Part shown: piece by piece, positions 1 to 8,226 of the stretch
Numbering within the stretch: the first letter of the stretch is position 1
Layout: every line of letters begins with the position of its first letter
Assembly (NCBI GenBank): GCA_944349535.1
Contig: CALVNA010000002.1
Coordinates: forward strand, 1-53,959
Length of the DNA stretch: 53,959 nucleotides
Source: an uncultured Clostridia bacterium
GTDB lineage: Bacteria; Bacillota; Clostridia; Christensenellales; UBA1242
Reading direction: 5' to 3'
Program-made: the position numbers and the translations under genes
Notes under the pieces: generated by a model
The model's database searches: none
Seen by the model: the letters and a program-made list of their open reading frames with translations, nothing else
What the model was told of the DNA's origin: nothing

Positions 1-73
1 GAAAATAAGGAATTTTGAACATACAGACCAATTATTTAAGAGTCAATTGCTCTACCAACTGAGCTACTGGTCC
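1..73 (-). tRNA. tRNA-Lys(CUU)-like sequence. Only the 5' half (73..36) is canonical, so this may be a tRNA pseudogene or fragment at the window edge
   Basis: The reverse complement of 36-73 reads GGACCAG-TA-GCTC-AGTTGGTA-GAGC-A-ATTGA-CTCTTAA, which gives the acceptor 5' arm, D-arm, anticodon stem and a loop carrying CTT. The remaining 35 nt (ATAAT-TGGTC-TGTATGTTCAAAATTCC...) form neither a T-stem nor a CTGGTCC acceptor 3' arm. Confidence 0.35.
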
Positions 74-285
74 ATATTTATAGTTTTATGTCTTTTCGGA
101 CCCTTCGATTTAATTTCGCCTTTGGCTCCATACGCAGACCCTTTGGGTCTTGGCGCTGCGTCTTATGCTCTTGCCAACTTAAGCTAGCAGTTGATGAAGG
201 CAAATCACTTGCAAAAAATTGACAGAACATTGCTAAGCTTTCAAAAGCCAAAAACGATTTTTAGTTGATCATTTCATTGAGCACA
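74..285 (-). ncRNA. Unassigned transcribed region downstream of a consensus promoter. It could be a structured RNA or leader; alternatively it carries a 50-codon ORF at 78..230
   Basis: The supplied track has no ORF here. Positions 95-175 are visibly GC-richer than the surroundings. Nested complementary segments are present (ACGCA..TGCGT around GACCC-AAA-GGGTC, and TTGCC/CAACT..AGTTG/GCAA). I could not match it to an RNA family by eye. Confidence 0.3.
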
Positions 286-291
286 TGTGCT

Positions 292-320
292 ATTATACAA
301 GCAAAACAAAATTTTGTCAA
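292..320 (-). promoter_or_regulatory. Sigma-A type promoter with perfect consensus, followed by the palindrome GCACATGTGC (281-290) at the expected start site
   Basis: The minus strand reads TTGACA (320..315), a 17-nt spacer, then TATAAT (297..292). Confidence 0.6.
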
Positions 321-334
321 CAAAAAATAGAGAA

Positions 335-515
335 TTATTCAATCTTCCCATCTATTATTGCGCCATAAATATTTTCAAATTCTTTGACATGTTTTTTGAT
401 AAGTTGTTCAATTTCTTTGTTTTTTGTTCGACCATAATAATTTGATATATATTCCATTTTTGATAATAATTCTTTTGATGTTCTTAAGGTGAATCTAGAA
501 TAGTTTTTTTTCATA
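335..515 (-). pseudogene. Ribbon-helix-helix (Arc/CopG-like) small DNA-binding protein ORF, out of frame because of an A9 run after the ATG. It would be 58 aa if one A were removed
   Basis: AAGGAG lies 7 nt before the ATG (515..513). As written the frame reads MKKKLF then stops. With A8 it reads MKKNYSRFTLRTSKELLSKMEYISNYYGRTKNKEIEQLIKKHVKEFENIYGAIIDGKIE, which has a beta-strand/helix/helix RHH pattern. Confidence 0.45.
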
Positions 516-606
516 ACTGTGCTCCTTTATTAAGCAATTTTAATATATAAATTTGATGAAAAATTAAAGTTGCGTGTTTTCGACTGAGAAAAATTTGAAA
601 AGTTGT

Positions 607-634
607 TTGGAAAATTAAGTTAAAGGTTTATAAT
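607..634 (+). promoter_or_regulatory. Promoter of rsmD. The -10 box ends 6 nt before the ATG, making this a leaderless candidate
   Basis: TTGGAA (607-612), a 16-nt spacer, TATAAT (629-634), then AAAACC and the ATG at 641. There is no Shine-Dalgarno. Confidence 0.5.
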
Positions 635-640
635 AAAACC

Positions 641-1183
641 ATGAGAGTTACTGCAGGCAAATTTAAGGGCAGAGTGCTTGTGCAAAACAAGTATGACCAT
701 ATAAGACCAACTGCCGATATGGTAAAACAGGCAATTTTCAACAAAATTGCTTATCTTTTGCCAGGGGCGAAGGTGTTGGATCTTTTTTGTGGAACGGGCG
801 CTCTTGGAATTGAAGCGCTCAGTCGTGGAGCTGATGAAGTTGTTTTTGTTGATAAAGATTTTCGTTCAGTTGCGCTTACCAAACAAAATCTTGTCAAGTT
901 GGGGGCAGAAGCTCAGGTTGTCAAAAGTGATTATCTCAACGCATTAAAATTTTTTAAAGCAACAGGAAAAACTTTTGATGTGATTTTGCTCGATCCACCT
1001 TATCAAAGTGGTCTATATGAAAGCTGTATCCAGGCAATTTTCGACTATCAAATTCTTGAAAAAGATGGAATGATTGTTTGTGAGCAAAACAAAGATCTGC
1101 ATTTTGACTTTTCTCTTTTCAACACTGAAAGCGAAAAAATTTATGGCATCAAAAAGGTTGTTTACTTGACGCGGAAAGATTAA
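641..1183 (+). CDS. rsmD: 16S rRNA (guanine966-N2)-methyltransferase RsmD
   Basis: N-terminus MRVTAGKFKGRVL..RPT, SAM motif DLFCGTGALGIEALSRGA, and DPPY motif. Confidence 0.88.
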   Translation: MRVTAGKFKGRVLVQNKYDHIRPTADMVKQAIFNKIAYLLPGAKVLDLFCGTGALGIEALSRGADEVVFVDKDFRSVALTKQNLVKLGAEAQVVKSDYLNALKFFKATGKTFDVILLDPPYQSGLYESCIQAIFDYQILEKDGMIVCEQNKDLHFDFSLFNTESEKIYGIKKVVYLTRKD

Positions 1184-1219
1184 ATTTTTTCTTTTTTGCA
1201 TAAATTGAACTATAATTGT

Positions 1220-1247
1220 TTGATTTATTTTGTATATATGTTATAAT
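1220..1247 (+). promoter_or_regulatory. Promoter with an extended -10 box
   Basis: TTGATT, a 16-nt spacer, then TGtTATAAT. It lies upstream of a leader carrying AAGGGA before the ATG at 1274. Confidence 0.5.
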
Positions 1248-1273
1248 CTATAAAACTTAAAAGGGAAAGTGTT

Positions 1274-2005
1274 ATGAAAGATATCTTTGATTCTTGGCTT
1301 GTTTGTCAGCCTATTGCACATCGTGGATTTTATGATAAGGATGCCCCAGAAAATTCGTTGCCAGCATTCCAAAATGCAATTGACAATGGTTATGCGATTG
1401 AGCTGGATGTGCAGATGATCGCTGATGGCACATTGGTGGTTTTTCATGATGAAAGTTTGTCAAGGCTTACAAACAATGATGGATATTTAAAATTTTTAAA
1501 CAAGTCAGATCTTGAAATTTTGACGCTAAAAGGCTCAAAAGAAAGAATCCCAACTTTTGAAGAAGTTTTAAGTTTCATCAACGGTCGAACACCAATTTTG
1601 ATTGAAATAAAAAACAAAGGGAAGGTTGGACAGCTTGAGCAAAAAGTTATTGATCTTTTAAAAGACTATAAAGGTGAATTTGCGGTCGAGTCTTTCAACC
1701 CTTATGTGCTTCAATATTTTGAAAAACATGCTCCAAATTTTTTGCGTGGTCAGCTTGCTGGCTATTTGAAGAAAGAAAAAATGCCATTTTTCCAACGCTA
1801 TGCTTTGAAAAGGATGCTTCTAAACAAACACGTTTCAAAGCCTGACTTTATTGTGTATGAAGCAAAATATTTGCCAAACCGTTTTGTGAAAAAGTTTAAA
1901 GCATTGCCGCTGATTGCTTGGACTGTGAAAAGTCAGCGTGAATATTTGAAAGTGGTGAAATATTGCGACAATATTATTTTTGAAGATTTTGAGCCTAAGA
2001 TTTGA
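1274..2005 (+). CDS. Glycerophosphodiester phosphodiesterase (GDPD) family protein
   Basis: AHRG..ENSLPAF..A...GYAIELDV motif typical of the GDPD family. Confidence 0.82.
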   Translation: MKDIFDSWLVCQPIAHRGFYDKDAPENSLPAFQNAIDNGYAIELDVQMIADGTLVVFHDESLSRLTNNDGYLKFLNKSDLEILTLKGSKERIPTFEEVLSFINGRTPILIEIKNKGKVGQLEQKVIDLLKDYKGEFAVESFNPYVLQYFEKHAPNFLRGQLAGYLKKEKMPFFQRYALKRMLLNKHVSKPDFIVYEAKYLPNRFVKKFKALPLIAWTVKSQREYLKVVKYCDNIIFEDFEPKI

Positions 2006-2018
2006 TAAAAGTAAAATA

Positions 2019-2045
2019 AATTGAAGAGCAATCTTCAATTTTTTA
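2019..2045 (+). terminator. Rho-independent terminator
   Basis: AATTGAAGA-gcaa-TCTTCAATT stem followed by a T-run. Confidence 0.6.
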
Positions 2046-2084
2046 TTGTTTCAATGCAAAGTTAAAGCTTTTCAAGTCAAAGAT

Positions 2085-2113
2085 TTGATTTTTATGTAAA
2101 TTTCATATATAAT
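2085..2113 (+). promoter_or_regulatory. Promoter of lepA. The -10 box ends 7 nt before the ATG, making this a leaderless candidate
   Basis: TTGATT, a 17-nt spacer, TATAAT, then CATATCC and the ATG at 2121. There is no Shine-Dalgarno. Confidence 0.5.
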
Positions 2114-2120
2114 CATATCC

Positions 2121-3929
2121 ATGAAAAGACAGGAAAAAATAAGGAATTTTTGTATTATAGCTCACATTGATCACGGCAAAAGCACTTTGGCAGACAGGTT
2201 GATTGAAAAAACTGGGACGCTTGCCAAACGTGATATGCAAAATCAACTTTTAGATAGCATGGAGCTTGAAAGAGAAAAGGGGATCACCATCAAACTTACT
2301 CCGACTAGAATGCTTTACAATTTTCAAGGAGAAGAATATGAACTTAATTTGATTGACACTCCAGGCCATGTTGACTTTACTTATGAAGTTTCACGCTCTT
2401 TAGCAGCCTGCGAAGGAGCTATTTTAATTGTAGATGCCTCTCAAGGTGTTGAAGCTCAAACACTTGCAAATGCCTATCTTGCAATTGACAACAATCTTGA
2501 AATTTTGCCAGTTCTCAACAAAATTGATTTGCCTTCTGCTCGGCCAGAAGAAGTGAAAAAAGAGATTGAAGATGTGGTTGGAATTCCTGCCATGCACGCG
2601 CCATGCATTTCTGCCAAAGATGGAACCAACATCGATCAAGTGCTGGAGATGATAGTCAAAGAATTCCCTTGCCCAAAAGGTGATGAAAACGGCAAGCTGA
2701 AGTGCCTTATCTTTGACAGCTATTACGACAATTTTAAGGGAGCAATCTGTTTGATCCGTGTTTTTGATGGACAAGTCAAAGCAGGTGACAAAATCAAAAT
2801 GATGCAAACAGGAAAAACTTACGATGTGACAGAAGTTGGTATTTTTGTGCCAAATCCAAAACAAACAGAAGTTTTGCGTGCTGGTGATGTCGGCTATGTT
2901 GCCTGTTCAATCAAAACAATCCAAGATGTTGCAGTGGGTGACACAATCACAAATGCACTTGATCCAAGTGATCAGGCTTTGCCGGGTTACAAAAAGGTGC
3001 AACCTGTTGTTTTTTGCGGCATATTTCCTGTGGACGGAGCAAAATATCAAGAGCTTAAAGATGCACTTGAAAAATTAAAGCTAAATGACGCTTCACTTCA
3101 GTTTGAGCCGGAAGTTTCACAAGCCCTCGGCTTTGGTTTCCGATGTGGTTTTTTGGGGCTTTTGCACCTTGAAATAATTTCTGAAAGAATTGAAAGAGAA
3201 TTTAATCTTGACATTATTACCACTGCACCAGGTGTTACGCTGAAAGTGAAAAAAACAAATGGTGAAGTTTTAAATCTGTCAAATCCATCTCAGCTGCCAA
3301 ACCCTGTTGAAATTGAATATATTGAAGAGCCAGTTGTAAAAGCGAGCATTTTTGCTCCGCCGCAATATGTTGGAGCAATTATGGAACTTTGCCAAGATAA
3401 GCGTGGCATTTATAAGGGGCTTGTCTATCTTGACACCCAACGAGTGCGAGTTGACTATACGCTTCCACTTAGTGAAATAATCTATGACTTTTTTGACAGT
3501 CTAAAATCTCGCACCAAGGGCTATGCAAGTTTTGACTATGAAGTAGCGGGCTATGAAAAGAGCGACCTTGTGAAAGTTGATATTTTGCTCAATGGCGAAA
3601 AATGCGATGCTCTTTCCATCATTGTTCACAAAGACAAAGCTTATTCTCGTGGCAGAAACTTGACAGAAAAATTGAAAAAAATCATTCCGCGTCAGCTTTT
3701 TGAAGTGCCAATTCAAGCTGCCATAGGCAACAAGATCATTGCCAGAGAAACCGTTTCTGCAATGAGAAAAGATGTGCTGGCAAAATGTTATGGAGGGGAT
3801 ATAACGCGAAAACGAAAACTTCTTGAAAAGCAAAAAGAAGGCAAAAAACGTATGAGAAAAATAGGCTCTGTGGAAATCCCTTCAGAAGCCTTTATGTCAA
3901 TTTTAAAACTTGACGACGAGGACAAGTGA
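2121..3929 (+). CDS. lepA: Elongation factor 4 (LepA)
   Basis: [29 protein letters not shown] and NKIDL G-motifs. The 602-aa length and C-terminal domain are typical of EF4. Confidence 0.95.
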   Translation: MKRQEKIRNFCIIAHIDHGKSTLADRLIEKTGTLAKRDMQNQLLDSMELEREKGITIKLTPTRMLYNFQGEEYELNLIDTPGHVDFTYEVSRSLAACEGAILIVDASQGVEAQTLANAYLAIDNNLEILPVLNKIDLPSARPEEVKKEIEDVVGIPAMHAPCISAKDGTNIDQVLEMIVKEFPCPKGDENGKLKCLIFDSYYDNFKGAICLIRVFDGQVKAGDKIKMMQTGKTYDVTEVGIFVPNPKQTEVLRAGDVGYVACSIKTIQDVAVGDTITNALDPSDQALPGYKKVQPVVFCGIFPVDGAKYQELKDALEKLKLNDASLQFEPEVSQALGFGFRCGFLGLLHLEIISERIEREFNLDIITTAPGVTLKVKKTNGEVLNLSNPSQLPNPVEIEYIEEPVVKASIFAPPQYVGAIMELCQDKRGIYKGLVYLDTQRVRVDYTLPLSEIIYDFFDSLKSRTKGYASFDYEVAGYEKSDLVKVDILLNGEKCDALSIIVHKDKAYSRGRNLTEKLKKIIPRQLFEVPIQAAIGNKIIARETVSAMRKDVLAKCYGGDITRKRKLLEKQKEGKKRMRKIGSVEIPSEAFMSILKLDDEDK

Positions 3930-5023
3930 TGAACAGCATATATGTTCACATTCCTTTTTGCGAGCAAAAATGCAAATATTGTGCATTTGCTTCTTTTGAC
4001 AACCAATTTGATCAAGTGCAGAAATATTTTGACGCTCTTCAAAAAGAAATTGAGAGCAGCACTTTTGAATTTCGAATAGGCAGTATTTTTATTGGTGGTG
4101 GCACTCCAAGTGCTGTCAGTCCTTCTTTTATTGCAGAAATTTTGAAAGCTATCAGAAAGAAATTTGATGTTGATAAAAATGCAGAAATCACAATTGAAGC
4201 AAACCCAAATTCTTTAAACGAACAAAAATTGAAAGAATATTTCAGCAAGGGAATAAACAGGCTGTCAGTTGGTGTGCAGTCGCTTGAAAACAAACAGCTG
4301 AAAGCTTTGGGAAGATTGCATAACAAAACTCAGGTTTTCAAAGCGCTTAAGGCGGCAAAAAAAGTGGGCTTTAAAAATATAAACTGCGATTTGCTGCTTG
4401 GGCTTGAAAATCAAAGTTATCATCAATTAAAAAAGGCGATAAAAAGTTTAAAAAAATACGCCACTCATTTTTCATTCTATATGTTGCAAGTTGAAGATGG
4501 CACGCCTTTAAAATCAATGGTGGAAGGTGGCAGAATAAAGTTGCCCGATGATGATAAGGTTGTGAAAATTTATCACAAGCTTGTTTCTTTTTTCAGAAAA
4601 CAAGGGCTTAAGCAATACGAAATTTCAAATTTTGCGAAAAAGGGGTTTGAGTGCTTGCATAACTTGAATTATTGGGCAAGAGGTAACTATCTTGGCTTTG
4701 GTTTGGGAGCACATTCTTTTGTGGGGGACACAAGATGGGCAAATGCTTCAAATTTTTTCGATTATTTTGCTGGCAAAAAAGCTTTTGTTGAAAAATTGGA
4801 TGATAAGCAGGTTGCTGAAGAAATTGTTATGCTTGGTCTGAGGTGCAATTTGGGTTTCGATCTGCAGCAATTGCAAAAATTTGGGCTTGATCTTGAAAAT
4901 AATGACCATTTTCAAGAATTATTGCAAAATAATATTTTATTTTTGCAAAACGGCAGAGTAAAAATTAACCCCGACTATTATGGGGTCAGCAATCTTGTTA
5001 TTGAAAAATTGATTGATTTTTAA
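3929..5023 (+). CDS. hemW: Radical SAM heme chaperone HemW (HemN-like, oxygen-independent coproporphyrinogen oxidase family)
   Basis: YVHIPFCEQKCKYCAF contains the CxxxCxxC radical-SAM motif. The gene overlaps the lepA stop; a GTG at 3926 is an alternative start. Confidence 0.85.
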   Translation: MNSIYVHIPFCEQKCKYCAFASFDNQFDQVQKYFDALQKEIESSTFEFRIGSIFIGGGTPSAVSPSFIAEILKAIRKKFDVDKNAEITIEANPNSLNEQKLKEYFSKGINRLSVGVQSLENKQLKALGRLHNKTQVFKALKAAKKVGFKNINCDLLLGLENQSYHQLKKAIKSLKKYATHFSFYMLQVEDGTPLKSMVEGGRIKLPDDDKVVKIYHKLVSFFRKQGLKQYEISNFAKKGFECLHNLNYWARGNYLGFGLGAHSFVGDTRWANASNFFDYFAGKKAFVEKLDDKQVAEEIVMLGLRCNLGFDLQQLQKFGLDLENNDHFQELLQNNILFLQNGRVKINPDYYGVSNLVIEKLIDF

Positions 5024-5025
5024 AA

Positions 5026-5430
5026 TTATTTTTCTTCTGAATTTTCTGAAGGCTTTTCTTCGGCTAGCAATTTATTGATTTTGTCAGCTACGTCTTCAGC
5101 TAATCTCAAAAAATCATTGATTTTAGCGTTGCCCAGACAGTTGCAAACTTCGGTAAGATTGTTAAGCAAATTTTCTGCTTGAGCTTTAGAAAAATATTTT
5201 TTGTAATATGAATTTATCTTTATAATTCCATTTTTGCAAACCAGCACTTTTCTGCCAGCATTTTTGTTGATTTGATCTTTGGTGGCTTCAGCCACCTCTG
5301 CGTAGTTTTTTTCTGATTTTTGGTTTGAGCTGTTTTCAATAAGTTTTTTGCATTTGTTGTCAAGAGCTTGTTTTTCTGCTTTTTTCAAAGCTTCAGTATG
5401 TTTTTCTTTGACGATTTCATTAAATGTCAT
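5026..5430 (-). CDS. Hypothetical protein, 134 aa, K/E-rich
   Basis: Intact ORF with AAGGAAG upstream of the ATG. I recognise no family. Confidence 0.6.
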   Translation of the reverse strand: MTFNEIVKEKHTEALKKAEKQALDNKCKKLIENSSNQKSEKNYAEVAEATKDQINKNAGRKVLVCKNGIIKINSYYKKYFSKAQAENLLNNLTEVCNCLGNAKINDFLRLAEDVADKINKLLAEEKPSENSEEK

Positions 5431-5514
5431 TTTATACTTCCTTTTAATATAAATTATTTTATCACATCACTTTTGCTTTCGTCAAGGTGGTAATAAAAAA
5501 TTTTTGAAAAATGC

Positions 5515-5543
5515 TTGCTTTTTTTTATATGATATGTTACAAT
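5515..5543 (+). promoter_or_regulatory. Promoter of the ylxM-ffh operon
   Basis: TTGCTT, a 17-nt spacer, then TGtTACAAT (extended -10). It lies inside the 5' part of track ORF 5504, which argues for the ATG at 5582 as the true start. Confidence 0.5.
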
Positions 5544-5581
5544 GGCTTTGTAAAGCAAAATTACTTTACAAAAGGGCAGTT

Positions 5582-5869
5582 ATGAAGGTTGAAGAGAATG
5601 TGTTTTATCTGAAGCTGTTTGATTTGTATAAACCGCTTCTCAGTCTGACGCAGCAGGGTGTGATGGAAGATTATCTGGCAGGAAATTTGACTGTCAGCGA
5701 GATTGCTCTGAATCACGGTATTTCACGGCAAGCTGTTAAAGATTGCGTTGACAAATCGCTTAAAAAGCTGAAGGATATTGAAGACAAACTTTTGCTTGGT
5801 CAAAGAATTGCAGCTCTTGAAAAAGAATTAAAAAAGGCAAAAAGTCGAAACAAAAAAGGGGATAATTGA
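5582..5869 (+). CDS. ylxM: YlxM/UPF0122 helix-turn-helix protein, putative SRP-associated
   Basis: LFDLYKPLLSLTQQGVMEDYLAGNLTVSEIALNHGISRQAV, and the position immediately upstream of ffh. AAAGGG lies before the ATG at 5582. Confidence 0.8.
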   Translation: MKVEENVFYLKLFDLYKPLLSLTQQGVMEDYLAGNLTVSEIALNHGISRQAVKDCVDKSLKKLKDIEDKLLLGQRIAALEKELKKAKSRNKKGDN

Positions 5870-7182
5870 TGGCATTATTTAACTCGCTGTCTGAGCGGTT
5901 TAACCACATTTTTTCAAAATTGAAAAATCGTGGCAGGCTGACAGAACTTGAAATCAAAGAAGCGATGAGAGAAGTTCGCATGGCTCTTCTTGAGGCTGAT
6001 GTAAACTATCTTGTTGCAAAAGATTTTGTCAAAAATGTTTCTGAAAAAGCTGTTGGAGACCAGGTTTTAAAAAGTTTGACACCATCTCAACAGGTTATTA
6101 AAATAGTGAAAGATGAACTCACAAATTTGATGTCGTCAAACAATCAAAAACTTCAAGTTTCTTCCAACTTGCCAACTGTTATCATGATGTGCGGCCTTCA
6201 AGGTGCAGGAAAAACTACTATGTGTGCCAAGCTTGGCGCTTACCTTAAAAAAAGTGGCAAAAAACCTCTTTTGGTTGCCTGCGATATTTACAGACCTGCA
6301 GCCATAAATCAACTTCAAATTGTTGGCAAACAAGCTGGCGTTGAAGTCTTTGAACGAGGCACGCAAAATCCTGTCAAAACCGCTCAACAAGCTGTTGAGC
6401 ACGCAAAGAAACAGGGCTTTGACACAGTTATCATTGACACGGCCGGAAGACTTCATATCAACCAAGAACTTATGGACGAGCTTAAAAACATCAAAGCAAA
6501 GGTTAGCCCAACTGAAATTTTGTTGGTGGTTGATGCCATGACTGGACAAGATGCGGTTACTGTTGCTGAAAGCTTTAACAAAGATCTAGACATTACTGGT
6601 GTGGTTCTAACAAAACTTGATGGCGACACTCGAGGAGGTGCTGCACTTTCAATCAAAGCCATCACTGGAAAGCCAATCAAATTTACTGGTGTTGGTGAAA
6701 AAATTGGCGATATTGAACCTTTTTATCCTGATCGCATTGCAAGCAGAATTTTGGGTATGGGTGATGTGCTTTCTTTAATTGAAAAGGCTCAGGAAGCAGT
6801 CAGCGAAGAAGAAGCAAAGGCTTTAGAAAAGAAATTTCGTGAAAATTCGTTTACTTTTGACGACTATCTCAAGCAAATTGATAGCGTCAAGAAAATGGGC
6901 AATATCAAAGATTTGCTTTCAATGATTCCGGGTATTGGTGGCAAAATAAAAAATCTTGACATTGATGAACATCAAATTTTGGTCAACAAGGCGATCATTC
7001 AGTCGATGACGCCGCAAGAGCGATTGATGCCAGAGATCATCAAAGCAAGCAGAAGGCAGCGAATTGCAAAGGGCAGCGGAACATCAGTTCAACAAGTCAA
7101 TCAGCTGCTAAAACAATTTGAGCAATCCAAAGAGATGATGAAACAGCTCAAAAATGGCAAATTTAAAAATTTTATGAGATAA
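5869..7182 (+). CDS. ffh: Signal recognition particle protein Ffh
   Basis: GLQGAGKTT, DTAGRL and TKLDGD motifs, plus a Met-rich M domain. The start overlaps the ylxM stop. Confidence 0.95.
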   Translation: MALFNSLSERFNHIFSKLKNRGRLTELEIKEAMREVRMALLEADVNYLVAKDFVKNVSEKAVGDQVLKSLTPSQQVIKIVKDELTNLMSSNNQKLQVSSNLPTVIMMCGLQGAGKTTMCAKLGAYLKKSGKKPLLVACDIYRPAAINQLQIVGKQAGVEVFERGTQNPVKTAQQAVEHAKKQGFDTVIIDTAGRLHINQELMDELKNIKAKVSPTEILLVVDAMTGQDAVTVAESFNKDLDITGVVLTKLDGDTRGGAALSIKAITGKPIKFTGVGEKIGDIEPFYPDRIASRILGMGDVLSLIEKAQEAVSEEEAKALEKKFRENSFTFDDYLKQIDSVKKMGNIKDLLSMIPGIGGKIKNLDIDEHQILVNKAIIQSMTPQERLMPEIIKASRRQRIAKGSGTSVQQVNQLLKQFEQSKEMMKQLKNGKFKNFMR

Positions 7183-7241
7183 GGTATATCATTGTTTGAT
7201 CAAAATCAAGCAATTATATATAAATTTTAAAGGAGGACAAA

Positions 7242-7490
7242 ATGGCAGTAAAAATCAGACTTACAAGACTTGGGGACAAAAAATCTCCATTCTATAGAGT
7301 TGTTGTTGCTGATTCAAGAGCTCCAAGAGATGGCAAATTTATTGATATTCTTGGAACTTACAATCCACTTACTGACCCAGCAGAAATCAAAATCAATGCT
7401 GATAAGGCTCAGAAATGGCTTAAAAATGGTGCTACACCAACTGACACAGCAAAACAACTGCTTGTAAAAAGCGGAATAATCACAAAATAA
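7242..7490 (+). CDS. rpsP: 30S ribosomal protein S16
   Basis: [31 protein letters not shown], with AGGAGG upstream. Confidence 0.95.
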   Translation: MAVKIRLTRLGDKKSPFYRVVVADSRAPRDGKFIDILGTYNPLTDPAEIKINADKAQKWLKNGATPTDTAKQLLVKSGIITK

Positions 7491-7500
7491 GGAGAGGAAA

Positions 7501-7734
7501 ATGGTTGAACTTGTTGAATTTTTGGTTAAAAAACTGGTAAATGACGAACAAGCTGTAGCAGTAACTCAAGAAGAAAACGAAAATGGTGAAGTAACTATTC
7601 ATGTTTCAGTCAACCCTGATGATATGGGCAAAGTTATTGGCAAAAATGGCAAGATTGCGTCTGCAATCCGAACTTTTGTAAAATCAGTTTCTTCACGAGA
7701 GCATAAAAAAGTTTTTGTGAAATTTGGAGAATAA
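7501..7734 (+). CDS. khpA: KH-domain RNA-binding protein (YlqC/KhpA family)
   Basis: VIGKNGKIASAIRT is a KH GxxG motif. The gene occupies the conserved slot between rpsP and rimM. Confidence 0.85.
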   Translation: MVELVEFLVKKLVNDEQAVAVTQEENENGEVTIHVSVNPDDMGKVIGKNGKIASAIRTFVKSVSSREHKKVFVKFGE

Positions 7735-8226
7735 ATGTCACAAATTGAAATTGCAAAAATCTTAAAACCGCAAGGAATAAAAGGGGAAGTCAAAGCGCTT
7801 GCTCTTACCAATCTCCTTGCTGTTTTTAAAAATCTGAAAAGTTGTCTTATTGGTGGCGAAATATATGAAATTTCCCATGCAACAATAAGGCAAGGCTTTT
7901 TGTATATCAAATTTAAGGGTGTGGAAACTCGCAATCAGGCAGAGGAACTTCGAAATCAAATTATCACGATGGATAAAAGTTTGCTTGCAAAGGAAAAGGC
8001 GGATGACGAATTTTTTGTTGAAGACCTTATAGGCATGCTTCTTTACAACGAGCAAGGAAACTATGTAGGTCAAATTTTGGATGTTGTAAACTATGGTGCA
8101 AGCGATGTTTTTGTGATCGAAAAGGATGGCAGAAGGATGGAAGTGCCTTATCTTGACCAAGTGTTTATTGCTCGGAATGGGACTTTGGTTGTTAATCAGC
8201 AGAAATTTGATGAGGTATGCGTATGA
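7735..8226 (+). CDS. rimM: 16S rRNA processing protein RimM
   Basis: IAKILKPQGIKGEVK N-terminus, PRC-barrel C-terminus, and operon position. Confidence 0.9.
   Translation: MSQIEIAKILKPQGIKGEVKALALTNLLAVFKNLKSCLIGGEIYEISHATIRQGFLYIKFKGVETRNQAEELRNQIITMDKSLLAKEKADDEFFVEDLIGMLLYNEQGNYVGQILDVVNYGASDVFVIEKDGRRMEVPYLDQVFIARNGTLVVNQQKFDEVCV

Noticed and set aside
1-73. A complete functional tRNA-Lys gene
   Set aside because: The 3' half cannot form a T-arm or pair with the acceptor 5' arm, and the window ends before any alternative 3' exon could be seen. I therefore report it only as a tRNA-like fragment.
5504-5581. The N-terminal 26 codons of track ORF 5504..5869 (ylxM)
   Set aside because: This stretch contains the TTGCTT-17-TGtTACAAT promoter and a leader hairpin. 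The conserved YlxM sequence begins at the ATG at 5582, which has its own RBS.
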